A DNA stretch of 43,234 nt from an uncultured archaeon. Lineage in GTDB: Archaea > Asgardarchaeota > Heimdallarchaeia > Heimdallarchaeales > Heimdallarchaeaceae. The stretch spans positions 1-43,234 of the forward strand of contig CAZHRF010000027.1 in NCBI GenBank assembly GCA_964534625.1. The letters run 5' to 3'. Position numbers and translations under genes: made by a program. Within the stretch, counting starts at the first letter, position 1; every line of letters begins with the position of its first letter. The notes under the pieces are model-generated. The model searched no databases and was not told the DNA's origin. It saw nothing but the letters and a program-made list of their open reading frames with translations. Positions 1 through 10,161 of the stretch are shown here, piece by piece.

Positions 1-1476
1 GAACGGGAGAAAATTAAGAGTCGATATGCCAATATGATTACTATAGCTGAATCTGAGGAACGGATTACCCAGATAGTCATGGACGTCCTTGATCATTATG
101 AAGAACATATTGCTCCTAATGGTTTTAAAGCTCAAGTTGTTGCTGTTAGTCGCCGTGCTGCTGCGCTCTATAAAACCAAGATTGACGAATTAAATGGTCC
201 TGAATGTACTGTTATTTACTCTGGTGATCATAATGATGAATACTTCTTGAAACAGTTTCATAAAAAAGATACCGAGATTAGTCATCTTATCGATCGTTTC
301 CAAAAACCTTTAGATGAAGACCCTTTAGCTATCCTCATTGTTTGTGATATGCTTATTACTGGTTTTGATGCTCCAATTGAACAAGTGATGTATTTAGACA
401 AGCCTTTGAAAGAACATAACCTTCTTCAAGCTATAGCTCGTGTTAACCGTCCGTCTTCTGGTAAACATTATGGTCTTATAGTTGACTATTATGGTATCTC
501 TGGCAATCTTTCTGATGCTTTAGATATGTTTAGCAAGAAAGATGTCCAAAATGCTCTTCGTCCGTTAGAAGAAGAACTCCCTCGTTTAGAAACTCGTCAT
601 CGTAAAGTTATGTCTTTCTTTGATGGAGTGGATCTTACTGATACTGAAGCTTGCTTGAACATTCTTGAGCCTGAGGATGTTCGTTTAAAATTTGATGTAG
701 CTTTTAGGAAATTTGCTATCAGTCTTGATATGCTTCTTCCTCACCCTAAAGCCAATCCCTATCTTCCTGATTTGAAATTATTAGGTAAAATCAAACAAGC
801 AGCGAGTAATATGTACAGAGATTCTGATATTGATATTAGTGGATGTGGGCAAAAAGTTCGTGAACTCATCGATAAATATATTCGAGCAGAAGGGGTAGAA
901 CATCTCCAGAAAGAACCTGTTTCTATTTTAGATGAAAATTTTGAAGAAACTGTCCAACAACGTAAATCCGCTGAGACCAAAGCCAGTGAAATGGAACACG
1001 CTATTCGCTATGAAATTACTGTTCGTCTCAAAGAAAACCCTGTTGTGTATCGTTCTCTTAAAGAACGGTTAGAAGAACTTATTGAGGCTAAACGTCAACA
1101 TCGTATTGAACTGGCTCAACTTATAGAAGAATATGGTTTACTGATCCAAAGAATTCGTTCTGTTTATAAAGGTACAGAAGCTAAGAAAATGGGTATGAAC
1201 GATACTGAATATGCCTTTTATAATATAATAGCTGAGGAAGCTTCAGAATGTTTGAAAGAGGATAAAGCACCCAACAAAGAGGCTCTTAAAAAACTCACTC
1301 AATCTCTTGTTTCCGACTTACAAGATCTTGCTGTAATTGATTTCCGTAAGAAGCGAAGTGTTCAAAAGAAGATGAAGGCAAAAATTAGACGTGTATTAAT
1401 GAGTAAAGGATGGGAGTATGAACAATTGGACTCTATTACCACTCGCATTATGGAATTAGCAGAGGTAAGATTTTAG
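1..1476 (+). CDS. hsdR: Type I restriction enzyme R subunit (HsdR), C-terminal part; 5'-truncated by the window edge
   Basis: Frame is open from base 1. Helicase-C motifs KAQVVAVSR, IVCDMLITGFDAP, MYLDKPLKEHNLLQAIARVNR and YGLIVDYYG are typical of HsdR, followed by a helical C-terminal tail. Confidence 0.93.
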   Translation, partial: EREKIKSRYANMITIAESEERITQIVMDVLDHYEEHIAPNGFKAQVVAVSRRAAALYKTKIDELNGPECTVIYSGDHNDEYFLKQFHKKDTEISHLIDRFQKPLDEDPLAILIVCDMLITGFDAPIEQVMYLDKPLKEHNLLQAIARVNRPSSGKHYGLIVDYYGISGNLSDALDMFSKKDVQNALRPLEEELPRLETRHRKVMSFFDGVDLTDTEACLNILEPEDVRLKFDVAFRKFAISLDMLLPHPKANPYLPDLKLLGKIKQAASNMYRDSDIDISGCGQKVRELIDKYIRAEGVEHLQKEPVSILDENFEETVQQRKSAETKASEMEHAIRYEITVRLKENPVVYRSLKERLEELIEAKRQHRIELAQLIEEYGLLIQRIRSVYKGTEAKKMGMNDTEYAFYNIIAEEASECLKEDKAPNKEALKKLTQSLVSDLQDLAVIDFRKKRSVQKKMKAKIRRVLMSKGWEYEQLDSITTRIMELAEVRF

Positions 1477-1477
1477 C

Positions 1478-2209
1478 ATGCCATCTATTACATTTGGTCA
1501 AACCACAATTGCTTATGAAATCCGACGAAGTAATGAAAGAGAAACTGTTACTGTGGCAGTTGATCCGAAAGAAGGTGTATTAGTTTCTGCTCCTGTTGAT
1601 GTGGATGGCAAAAAAATTTCTTCTATTGTCAAAAAGAAAGCTTCATGGATTCTTGAGAAACAACTCTTATTTGATCAAATTAAAGAACCTCCTTTAGAAA
1701 AAGAATTTCTTAGCGGCGAAAAACTCGCCTATATCGGTCGTAGATACCGTCTAAAACTTATTCCCTCTCCAGACACCAATCATGTTTATATTAAATTATT
1801 ACAAGGTAAGTTTTTAATCTATCATCCTGTTGAAATGGAAAATAAAGCGCGAAGAAATCAAATCAAGGACGCTTTCATCTCTTGGTATAGGGAAAAAGCT
1901 CTTGAAAAGTTACACGAACGTGTGGAAGAATATGCGCCTATAGTTGGTGTTACTCCTACTACTGTTAAGATTCGCAATCAGAGCAAGCGATGGGGAAGTT
2001 GTACTGAGGATGGTAACCTTATTTACAATTGGCGCATTATCATGGCTCCTATGTCTATTATTGACTATGTTGTTGTTCATGAACTCTGTCATCTTAAAGA
2101 ACCTAATCATACCGAAGATTTTTGGCGTCATTTGAGTGCCATCTTGCCTGATTATAATCAACGAAAAGAATGGTTAAGAATAAATGGATCAAACTTGATT
2201 TTAAAATAG
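1478..2209 (+). CDS. YgjP/DUF45 (M48-like) zinc metallopeptidase, the usual companion of type I R-M loci
   Basis: RWGSC motif, NWRIIMAP..IDYVVVHELCHL (HExxH) and NH..FW; starts 1 bp after the hsdR stop. Confidence 0.9.
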   Translation: MPSITFGQTTIAYEIRRSNERETVTVAVDPKEGVLVSAPVDVDGKKISSIVKKKASWILEKQLLFDQIKEPPLEKEFLSGEKLAYIGRRYRLKLIPSPDTNHVYIKLLQGKFLIYHPVEMENKARRNQIKDAFISWYREKALEKLHERVEEYAPIVGVTPTTVKIRNQSKRWGSCTEDGNLIYNWRIIMAPMSIIDYVVVHELCHLKEPNHTEDFWRHLSAILPDYNQRKEWLRINGSNLILK

Positions 2210-2351
2210 CTATTAAAATAGATCTATGGTGGATAACCAACTGTTTATTTTATTATAATTAAAACAAGAAAATTGAGGAATCGGATCATAAACGTTTAGT
2301 TTTTTACATAGGAATATTTCTTGAAATCATTGTTTTTTCGCTGGTTGTAAA

Positions 2352-2550
2352 AGTCCCCTATAGCATCGCCTCCCAGTCATCAGTCAAGTTTTTAAGAGCT
2401 CGATGAATACACTGACGAAGCGTACGTTCTAAACGGAAGTGGGATGCAAGCGTGTCAAACCGTTCTCGTTTATCAAGAAGAACTGCAGACCCATTTTCAC
2501 TCTGACAACTTCTGTTACCCACTCTTTAAGTTCAGTGAATGGTTGTTGAT
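2352..2550 (+). ncRNA. Putative orphan IS200/IS605 right-end / TnpB omegaRNA-like scaffold
   Basis: Relatively GC-rich island in an AT-rich intergenic region. Stems gcatc..gatgc, tcagt..actga and ccatt(tt)cact(c)tga..tcagtgaatgg. It ends ctgcagaccc-hairpin-ggttgttgat, resembling IS605-type ends, and an upstream tgtcaa could pair with the terminal ttga. No tnpB is attached. Confidence 0.45.
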
Positions 2551-2677
2551 GTGAGAGATCAACTATATTTTTATTTCTAGAACTAGATGGGAAAATTAGG
2601 CATTACTAATTCATTTTTTATCGTTCCACTATACTTACAATTTCTCTCCTTTAAATACGATTTAACTGATTTATGGT

Positions 2678-5600
2678 ATGAGAGCTATGTACAATAAACT
2701 AAGAAAAAAGAAGTTTAATCTAGAATTCTTCATCATTATTTTATTATTTTGTAATGCTGGACATATTTTGTCTTTTAATGAGTCAGATACTTTAATACAA
2801 ACATTGGATAATCCATTATTCAGTAATAATGTATCTTATACCTATAATAGTAGCTTATGGGAAAAAACCATTTCATTTCAGTATATCCCTAGTTCATCTG
2901 AATTTCATACTATTAGTTTAGTATTTTCCACAAAAGGAGATAAAAGTTCTAGTGACGGTATCTCTGTAAGATTATGGTTTGGTAATGATGAAATCTCTTT
3001 TTTAATTTCAAGAGTATATCAAGATGGAATAAATCATTCTCTTACCCAAGTGTTGATTCTGTCAGAAGTAAGTGCTCAAATAAATTGTACAATGGTTATC
3101 TCAGGTAAAACAGCTTATGCCTCACAGGAAGGGGCGTTAACTATCTATGCTACGTCAAATGGAAAAACAATTTCTATCCCTTCTTTCTCTGGGGAGATAA
3201 TAGAATTAAGTGGATACCCTGCTGAATTTGTGTTGGTGGGAAATATGATGACACATACGTCTGCAGAAAGCATAATTTTGGTTAATAATTCAAATAATGA
3301 GGAAAGTCTTAATTTTACTCTTTCATTTTCTTCTTCAGAATTTAGTGCATTAGTGTCAAATGTTCAAATGCTTTCTTTAGATGAAGTGATTTTTGAAAGT
3401 TCTTTCAAGAGTGGAAATAACTGTTTCTCCTTTTATTGCGATTTGCATGAAGGGATTAATATTCTTCATTTTAAATTCTTTTTAGGAAATAGTATGGATA
3501 TAGTTGAAATCAAGGATATTCTTGTTTCTATACATATAGTCCAAGAACTTCCAACAAGTATTCCTGATTCAGCTATTGATTCAGTCTATTGGAAAAATGG
3601 AATAATAGATCATGTATTTAATTTAACACATCTAAAACCTCTAAGTACGACTAGTGCTGTTAAAATCCATTTTAAAATCTCTTATTCATTTTGGGGTGAT
3701 ATATTAAATCCTCTTATTTATACAGTCAAAGCTGATGATCTCATACTTTTTACTCATTCTATTGAAACAGAGGATCAAAGTGAGAATATTCAGTTTTTGT
3801 TCTTTGACACATTCATTACTAACTATAATTCTCAGATCTATCTTTATATTAATGGAATAGGAGAAGGAACTGGGTATATTTTCTTACATAATTGTTCTCG
3901 TATTTCTATTGATCCCATTGCATCCTATGGATATAACTCATTTGAAAAACCTTTGGCAACAAACATATCATTACAAACTAGTAAATACCATAAATCTTCG
4001 ATCTCCTTTTATGATGTTATCTACTTTAATTATCAAGATAGTGCATTTTTTGACTTATCATTTTTTTTATCTTACCATCTTTTTACTGATTATTCTCTTC
4101 CTTATCTTAGCCTTAATTATTTTATTGATGGTAAAGAAGGGTATATTCGTCTTAACACGAAAAAAGAAATTATCCCACTAGAAATAAATTTTGAATTAAC
4201 CCCTGGTTATCACGAAATACGATTTGAGATTTCACTTATTGGCGGAGGGCATAATATCATTTTCGATTATGTGGGATATAAATTCGATCCTCACAAAAGC
4301 TCATTAGATATTTATAGTTTGAACGAAATGGGATTGATTCCTTTAAGACCACCTCTTTTAGTCCTCTATCTCATGCTTTTATCTTTCGAAGCATTGATTT
4401 GTTTAGAAATAATATTTTCAAGAATACGGAAAATTGTTTCATCATACAAAGACAAAATTAAGTTAGAAAAAGAAACAGTTGAACAGAGTTTAAGTACTGT
4501 AGAAACAAACACAACGTCTAACGAAATAAAATACTCTCTATTGCCTATCTTTGGGGGTATGGTTGCTTACTTTATTTTTTCTTATATATTTGACAGAATA
4601 ACTATACCATCAATACCTTTTCTTTCTCCTATGTGGATAAAACTCATCCTTAGTATTATTTTATCTTTTTTTATTTCAGAAAGGATTAGGGATGTGTGGA
4701 TGTATATACAGATTCACAAATTAAATGAAGAATCAGGTTTCCATGCTATGTTTCGTTTGTTATTCTCAAAATCATTTATACTAATTTTTAAGGAACTCTT
4801 TTCACACATAATTAAAAATCTCAAAATGTTATTACACATCATATTTTTCCCTATAATTATTATAATTCAAGAGATTACAGGTTGGATTATCCATACTAAA
4901 AGGAAAACCATTAGAATTGGAACAATTGCTATTACATTCTTGTACATGACTCTGTTACTAGCTATTTTTCAACCTATTATTAGTATATTACATATCCTTT
5001 CGCAAGAACCAAATGTTAGTTTTATTGGTATAGGTTGGCTAGGCTTCTATGGTTTTTATGTTTCGCTACTTTTCACCTTAGTCGTTTCTAGATATGTTTT
5101 TCGAATTATTGAAGGGACATATGCAGAGAAGAATAGAATGTTCTTTATTAAGTTGTTTGGACAGATTGTGTCTGTTTTTTTACTCTTTTCATGGTTAATG
5201 CTTTTATTTTACATTATCTCCAATACTGGTAACTATAATTACATTGGCACAGGAATAATCCCTTTCTTTTTCTTCTTGATAACTAAAATGAATAGTCATC
5301 TACGAATTAAGATTTTAGAGGAAAAACAAGAGTTGAAAATCGAACATCTGCAAAAAGATAATTTGTATACTAAACTCAAGGATATTCCTTATTCTCGTCA
5401 AGTACCTCTTTCTACTCTAGCAGATATAACCAAGAATAATAAAACTACAGTAGAACGTTTTCTAGAAGAACTGGTTAGAGAGTATCCCAGCATTGGAGAA
5501 TATGATTCGGATGCTGAATTGTTTATTAGATCAAATCATTCAGAGAATCCTTTGCATAAAGAGATAGAAAAATTAGAAAAAAGTTATCAAGAATGGGAGG

Positions 5601-8600
5601 TATTTACATCTACTGATAAAATGGAAGAGGAGATATTTACATCTACTGATAAAATGGAAGATTTTAAATGCATTGAAAATACATCAAGTGATCCCACAAT
5701 AACTTCAACTAGACCATCACCAGAGTCTAATCTAAACCTAAACCAAGCCAAATCTAACCATATCTTTCAAGATGAATGTGATGATTATGAAAAGTATATA
5801 ACTTCCTTACCAGATTCTTCTAACTTATCAGTAATCTCTTTAATATCTGAATCTGACGAAATGGGTATTGATAGTGATTTACTTTCAACAAAAAATTATT
5901 CTTCTGCTTTTTGGTTTAGACAAGCATACACTCTGTCTAACCAAAACTCTTTCGTTCAATTGATGAATTCTACAACTTCTCGTTTGAATTCTAATACTTT
6001 TGTAGATAGAAGATTATTGTTATCAATAATATTTAGTCAGATGACTTTTCTACAAGGATATAAACAAGCAATTTCTTATAAAAGTAATTTAGATTCTTCA
6101 CTTTCTTTTAAAGATATTATAAACACTATTGGATTACAAGATGAAATTAGAGTTATTGGTAATAATATGAAAAAAAGATGGTATGATAGTGCTTTTATTC
6201 AAATAGCAAGTATGTTTAATATTGAACTAGAAAATAATGGTAACGAGTTGGGTTTGGGGATGTTAAAGGGTGCTCTCCCCTATTTTGATATAATAGTGGG
6301 ATTAGAACGGCATGTTTGGACAATAAATAGATTACTAGAAAACTCTGATCCCTATCAGAAAGATTATGATTCTTTATGTTACGAAATATGGAATAATTGG
6401 AGAGAACAACTGAATTATTTAATGGGAACAGCTGAGCTTCCATTTTTTGGAGAAAAAAGTCAAATAGGCGCAAAAGAGTTTCGTGATGGCGTCTTCATAT
6501 TTAAAAAGAACAGTAAGAATTTTTGGGAAGTATCATTGGCTATGGACAAATTAACTTTAATGCACAATACTGTTTCCGTTAAAGTAGAAAATATCTTTGA
6601 TTATTATCGTTGGTGCTATTCTAGATTAGGAACAGATTTTATTTTTCCAAATGGTGCAGTAGAGGTTAAAAACAGGAAAGACACATCAGAAAGAAGTTTT
6701 AGGAGAGCTTTTCGAATAAGTCAATCGTTTGCTTCTGCTCTCTATCATAATAGGCTAAGGTTGCCTATATTAGACACTAAAAAAAGAAAAATACTTGATT
6801 TACCAGAAATACGTAAAAAAGTTGCATTAGAGCAATACTATACTGAAGATGACGCGATAAATAAGATTTATTATCATCTAAAAAACTTCATAACAGAACA
6901 TGGATTATCTGCACTTAGAAGAAGCATAATACATGATATGGACTATAACCCTGAATATTTTAACTCATTAACAATGGAGCGTTATATAAAAAAATTGTAT
7001 TTATCCGCGATATTCTTTGATCATATACATCAACCACTCTTAAGATTAAGTTCATTAACCGATAAACACATGATAACATTTAAGCTGGTTTCTAAAGATT
7101 TGGACAACTATTATGTAGATGAAGTTTTAGTGCCTTGTTCCTATTATCCAGAAGTCAAAATAGATGATAAAAGCGTTCTTAAAGTAGTTTTGAATGATAG
7201 TGAACATGGATTTAAACAAGTCGTAAAAGATGTAAATAATTCAGAAGAAAAAGGCAAATTACTTTTTGCTTTTTCAACTTTACGAGGTGTAAAGAATTCA
7301 TTAAAACGAGACGATATAATTTGCTTTGGCATCGAGCAAAAAAGTAAAATAGATATGTTTTACATACCTACAGACGAGTTGATACAACGGTATCATAAAA
7401 TTCAGAATACAAAAAACGAAAATCATTGTATTTATGAGGATCTAACCAATCTAGAAAAAATTGCATGGATAGGTGAAAATAGTGGTTATGGGCTATTTAA
7501 AGATGTAAGAATAAATGGAAATGATTCTGCCATTATCTCAGTTCGTAATCTCTTTCAATTCTTTTATGTAGAAAATGTTGATGATGAAGGAAAAACAGTT
7601 TGGAAAAAGAAAGATGGAATAAAGATTAATTTTGAGAGTTGTTCATCGGAAGGTATCGATATTGACAGTTCTTGGAAACCCTATAAAACTCTAGATGGAG
7701 ACTATTTATTATTATTGAGGAAACAGAACGGTAGTGTATTATTTAAACCGCTAAACATAAATGGTAGTCTTATTTATCCTGGTTCTTTTAGTTTAAGAAG
7801 AGGATTAAATAGAGTTTATATGGGAAATGAAAAAGCACCTTTGAATGTTATAACAAATGTTGCTGAAGTAATGATTAGATTTCTTACAACGGGACAATTA
7901 CCAATTTTTGTATGGAAAAAAGGAAAATTAGTCAGAATATTTTTGGATGGAAAAACAGCAGTAAAGGAATTAAGAACAATAAAGAAAAAAATCGTTAGAT
8001 ACAAAGCCAGTAACTACAAAGAATACGTGGAAGAATATAATAATTATATAGAAAAATTGTATGATGAAGGAATAATAGGGCAACTATCGTATGAAGCGTT
8101 AATAGACAAAATAGCTGATACTATCAATTATTATGTTGAATTGATGAAATATGCGCCCAGGATGGTTGATTATAGTAATGTGCAAGATGATAAACCTATC
8201 TTATGTGAGGAATATAACTCACCAAGTCCAAATCCGTTTTTTATATATCATTATCTCTCTTTTCAAACAAGTGAAGAATATTTTACTAAACATCCAAATA
8301 AACATACAAAAACCTTATACAATCATTATTCAACATTTGAAAATGAAAATAATAAAAATGTCTTTAGACACTTAGATGGGTATCTATGTGCAAAATATCA
8401 TAATCTGTGGGAAAATGGGGAAAATCTACCTGTGGAATACGAGATCAATAAAATTCCAGTAATAAAGAGCATTGACTGCGTATTGTTCAAATTCTTATCT
8501 AAATACGATTACATGGAAAATTTCTGTAAAATAAACGATTTAGTGACCATGGAAAAAGGAAAAAGCAAAGTAATCAACTTCTTTAATAGTTTTAACAGAA

Positions 8601-9802
8601 ATAAGATACTCGATACTTTCAAAGAAATAAGTGCATCATACTTGCATTACAAAGACGGAAGAGAAGAAGAGTACTCGATATTTGATGAAGAAATGGAAAA
8701 ATATATGGAAGCGAAAGTAAAAATAATAAATGAAAGGATAAATGAACAAAAAGAAACGTTTATTCAAGAGGCTGAACAAAAGGAATGGAATGTAAGAAAA
8801 ATAAAGAAAAAATGGAGAGCACGTACAAAGAAAGTGATGGAAAAAGTAATCAAAGAAGGAATTGAGAAAAGTCCAGTATTGAAAAAATTGTGGGAAGTGA
8901 ATATGGTTAAAATAAAAACACATGGATCAACTTTGCAGTTGTTCTATGCAAAATATATGTACTCAAGGTTGATGTATAATTTTGTAAAAAAAGCATATGA
9001 AATAGATGAGAGGGCGTTTGGAGTGGCTGCACCGTTTAGATTGAATGAGTTTGAATTCAAAGTAAACGTAAAATTAATTGAAAAATATAAGGAAATGTTT
9101 AAAGAAAAAAATATGTTCGCAAAAAAAGTAGAAGAACAATATGGAAAAGAATATCGGGAAATAGTAAAAAGCGCACTAGAAACGATTATAAAAGCAACTA
9201 ACAAAACTAGTGGAAAAGAATATGAAGAAAATTATGCCAGGGTATCTTTCTATGAGGAAGAAGAAGGATATTCAATAGAAGTAATTTATTCCATAATGAT
9301 AATGATAGGAATATATGCACTATATATGAGCACACATGATATGAAGCAAATAATGAAAGAATATGGAATAGAAGAAGAAAAAAAAGAAGATAGGTTTAGA
9401 ACACATTTCATAAATAATTATACAATTACACCGAAAAAGTTGGGGAAAGAAAATATAAGAAATCAGATAAAAAAGGATAAGGTGGAAGTGAAAAAGGTGG
9501 AATTGACAAAATTTACATTGAGGTCAAAAAAGAATAGAGAGTTTATGGGAAAATTAAAAATGACCATACCAGGAGCTGTAATGAATGAAGAAAAAATATG
9601 TGAAAATGTGTTCGAAAGTGAAATAGGACAATATACAAAAGAAAAATGCAAACAATTCAAAGAATTCAGGGAGTTTGTGGAATGTGCGAAAGAAAAAGGA
9701 TATAAAAAAGCAAGAAAAGAATATAACCAAAAAAGTGAAAATCCAATAAAAATAACAAGAAGAGAAAAAAAGAGAAAATGGGAAAAAACCATGAAACTAT
9801 AA
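2678..9802 (+). CDS. Giant (2374 aa) multi-pass membrane protein of unknown function: signal/anchor, beta-rich ectodomain, about 8-9 TM helices, winged-helix-like domain, large cytoplasmic region
   Basis: Uninterrupted 7.1-kb ORF. Hydrophobic N-terminus (FFIIILLFC), alternating beta-strand pattern to about aa 540, TM cluster at about aa 560-875, and an HTH-like segment VPLSTLADITKNNKTTVERFLEELV. Confidence 0.8.
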   Translation: MRAMYNKLRKKKFNLEFFIIILLFCNAGHILSFNESDTLIQTLDNPLFSNNVSYTYNSSLWEKTISFQYIPSSSEFHTISLVFSTKGDKSSSDGISVRLWFGNDEISFLISRVYQDGINHSLTQVLILSEVSAQINCTMVISGKTAYASQEGALTIYATSNGKTISIPSFSGEIIELSGYPAEFVLVGNMMTHTSAESIILVNNSNNEESLNFTLSFSSSEFSALVSNVQMLSLDEVIFESSFKSGNNCFSFYCDLHEGINILHFKFFLGNSMDIVEIKDILVSIHIVQELPTSIPDSAIDSVYWKNGIIDHVFNLTHLKPLSTTSAVKIHFKISYSFWGDILNPLIYTVKADDLILFTHSIETEDQSENIQFLFFDTFITNYNSQIYLYINGIGEGTGYIFLHNCSRISIDPIASYGYNSFEKPLATNISLQTSKYHKSSISFYDVIYFNYQDSAFFDLSFFLSYHLFTDYSLPYLSLNYFIDGKEGYIRLNTKKEIIPLEINFELTPGYHEIRFEISLIGGGHNIIFDYVGYKFDPHKSSLDIYSLNEMGLIPLRPPLLVLYLMLLSFEALICLEIIFSRIRKIVSSYKDKIKLEKETVEQSLSTVETNTTSNEIKYSLLPIFGGMVAYFIFSYIFDRITIPSIPFLSPMWIKLILSIILSFFISERIRDVWMYIQIHKLNEESGFHAMFRLLFSKSFILIFKELFSHIIKNLKMLLHIIFFPIIIIIQEITGWIIHTKRKTIRIGTIAITFLYMTLLLAIFQPIISILHILSQEPNVSFIGIGWLGFYGFYVSLLFTLVVSRYVFRIIEGTYAEKNRMFFIKLFGQIVSVFLLFSWLMLLFYIISNTGNYNYIGTGIIPFFFFLITKMNSHLRIKILEEKQELKIEHLQKDNLYTKLKDIPYSRQVPLSTLADITKNNKTTVERFLEELVREYPSIGEYDSDAELFIRSNHSENPLHKEIEKLEKSYQEWEVFTSTDKMEEEIFTSTDKMEDFKCIENTSSDPTITSTRPSPESNLNLNQAKSNHIFQDECDDYEKYITSLPDSSNLSVISLISESDEMGIDSDLLSTKNYSSAFWFRQAYTLSNQNSFVQLMNSTTSRLNSNTFVDRRLLLSIIFSQMTFLQGYKQAISYKSNLDSSLSFKDIINTIGLQDEIRVIGNNMKKRWYDSAFIQIASMFNIELENNGNELGLGMLKGALPYFDIIVGLERHVWTINRLLENSDPYQKDYDSLCYEIWNNWREQLNYLMGTAELPFFGEKSQIGAKEFRDGVFIFKKNSKNFWEVSLAMDKLTLMHNTVSVKVENIFDYYRWCYSRLGTDFIFPNGAVEVKNRKDTSERSFRRAFRISQSFASALYHNRLRLPILDTKKRKILDLPEIRKKVALEQYYTEDDAINKIYYHLKNFITEHGLSALRRSIIHDMDYNPEYFNSLTMERYIKKLYLSAIFFDHIHQPLLRLSSLTDKHMITFKLVSKDLDNYYVDEVLVPCSYYPEVKIDDKSVLKVVLNDSEHGFKQVVKDVNNSEEKGKLLFAFSTLRGVKNSLKRDDIICFGIEQKSKIDMFYIPTDELIQRYHKIQNTKNENHCIYEDLTNLEKIAWIGENSGYGLFKDVRINGNDSAIISVRNLFQFFYVENVDDEGKTVWKKKDGIKINFESCSSEGIDIDSSWKPYKTLDGDYLLLLRKQNGSVLFKPLNINGSLIYPGSFSLRRGLNRVYMGNEKAPLNVITNVAEVMIRFLTTGQLPIFVWKKGKLVRIFLDGKTAVKELRTIKKKIVRYKASNYKEYVEEYNNYIEKLYDEGIIGQLSYEALIDKIADTINYYVELMKYAPRMVDYSNVQDDKPILCEEYNSPSPNPFFIYHYLSFQTSEEYFTKHPNKHTKTLYNHYSTFENENNKNVFRHLDGYLCAKYHNLWENGENLPVEYEINKIPVIKSIDCVLFKFLSKYDYMENFCKINDLVTMEKGKSKVINFFNSFNRNKILDTFKEISASYLHYKDGREEEYSIFDEEMEKYMEAKVKIINERINEQKETFIQEAEQKEWNVRKIKKKWRARTKKVMEKVIKEGIEKSPVLKKLWEVNMVKIKTHGSTLQLFYAKYMYSRLMYNFVKKAYEIDERAFGVAAPFRLNEFEFKVNVKLIEKYKEMFKEKNMFAKKVEEQYGKEYREIVKSALETIIKATNKTSGKEYEENYARVSFYEEEEGYSIEVIYSIMIMIGIYALYMSTHDMKQIMKEYGIEEEKKEDRFRTHFINNYTITPKKLGKENIRNQIKKDKVEVKKVELTKFTLRSKKNREFMGKLKMTIPGAVMNEEKICENVFESEIGQYTKEKCKQFKEFREFVECAKEKGYKKARKEYNQKSENPIKITRREKKRKWEKTMKL
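5596..5661 (+). repeat. In-frame 33-bp tandem duplication (EVFTSTDKMEE/EIFTSTDKMED)
   Basis: tatttacatctactgataaaatggaaga occurs at 5601 and again at 5634. Confidence 0.95.
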
Positions 9803-9874
9803 ATTTTTAAAGACTTGACAAGCTGAGAAAATAGAGAAAAAGTAAATAATAGAAATAAAAAAGGATGATTGATA

Positions 9875-10072
9875 ATGGGCCATGGATCACTGCAGAAAGC
9901 TGGAAAAGTACGCAAACAGACTCCTCAAGTTCAAGCTAAGGAACGTCATTCTCCTATTCCTCGTCTTGGTAATCGTTACAATTACTTTCGTCGCGTTAAG
10001 CAGGGCAAATATGCTGGTCAACCTTCTAGTATGGGTGCTCGTCGTGCCAAGCGTTCTAAGGGTCGTTCTTAG
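9875..10072 (+). CDS. rps30e: 30S ribosomal protein S30e
   Basis: MGHGSLQKAGKVRKQTP..PRLGNRYNY.RR is the S30e signature. The ATG at 9875 is the likelier start than the ORF-track TTG at 9869. Confidence 0.95.
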   Translation: MGHGSLQKAGKVRKQTPQVQAKERHSPIPRLGNRYNYFRRVKQGKYAGQPSSMGARRAKRSKGRS

Positions 10073-10161
10073 TTTTTGGTTTTTTTTTTTGCTTTGCTTT
10101 GCTTTGCTTTGCTTTATTTTTTAGTTATTTTTCTTTTATCTTTTTTTTGAGTTGATTTTTC
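10073..10161 (+). repeat. T-rich tract with (GCTTT)5 microsatellite; probable oligo-T terminator region
   Basis: T run at 10080-10090, then gcttt x5 at 10091-10115, directly after the rps30e stop. Confidence 0.7.
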
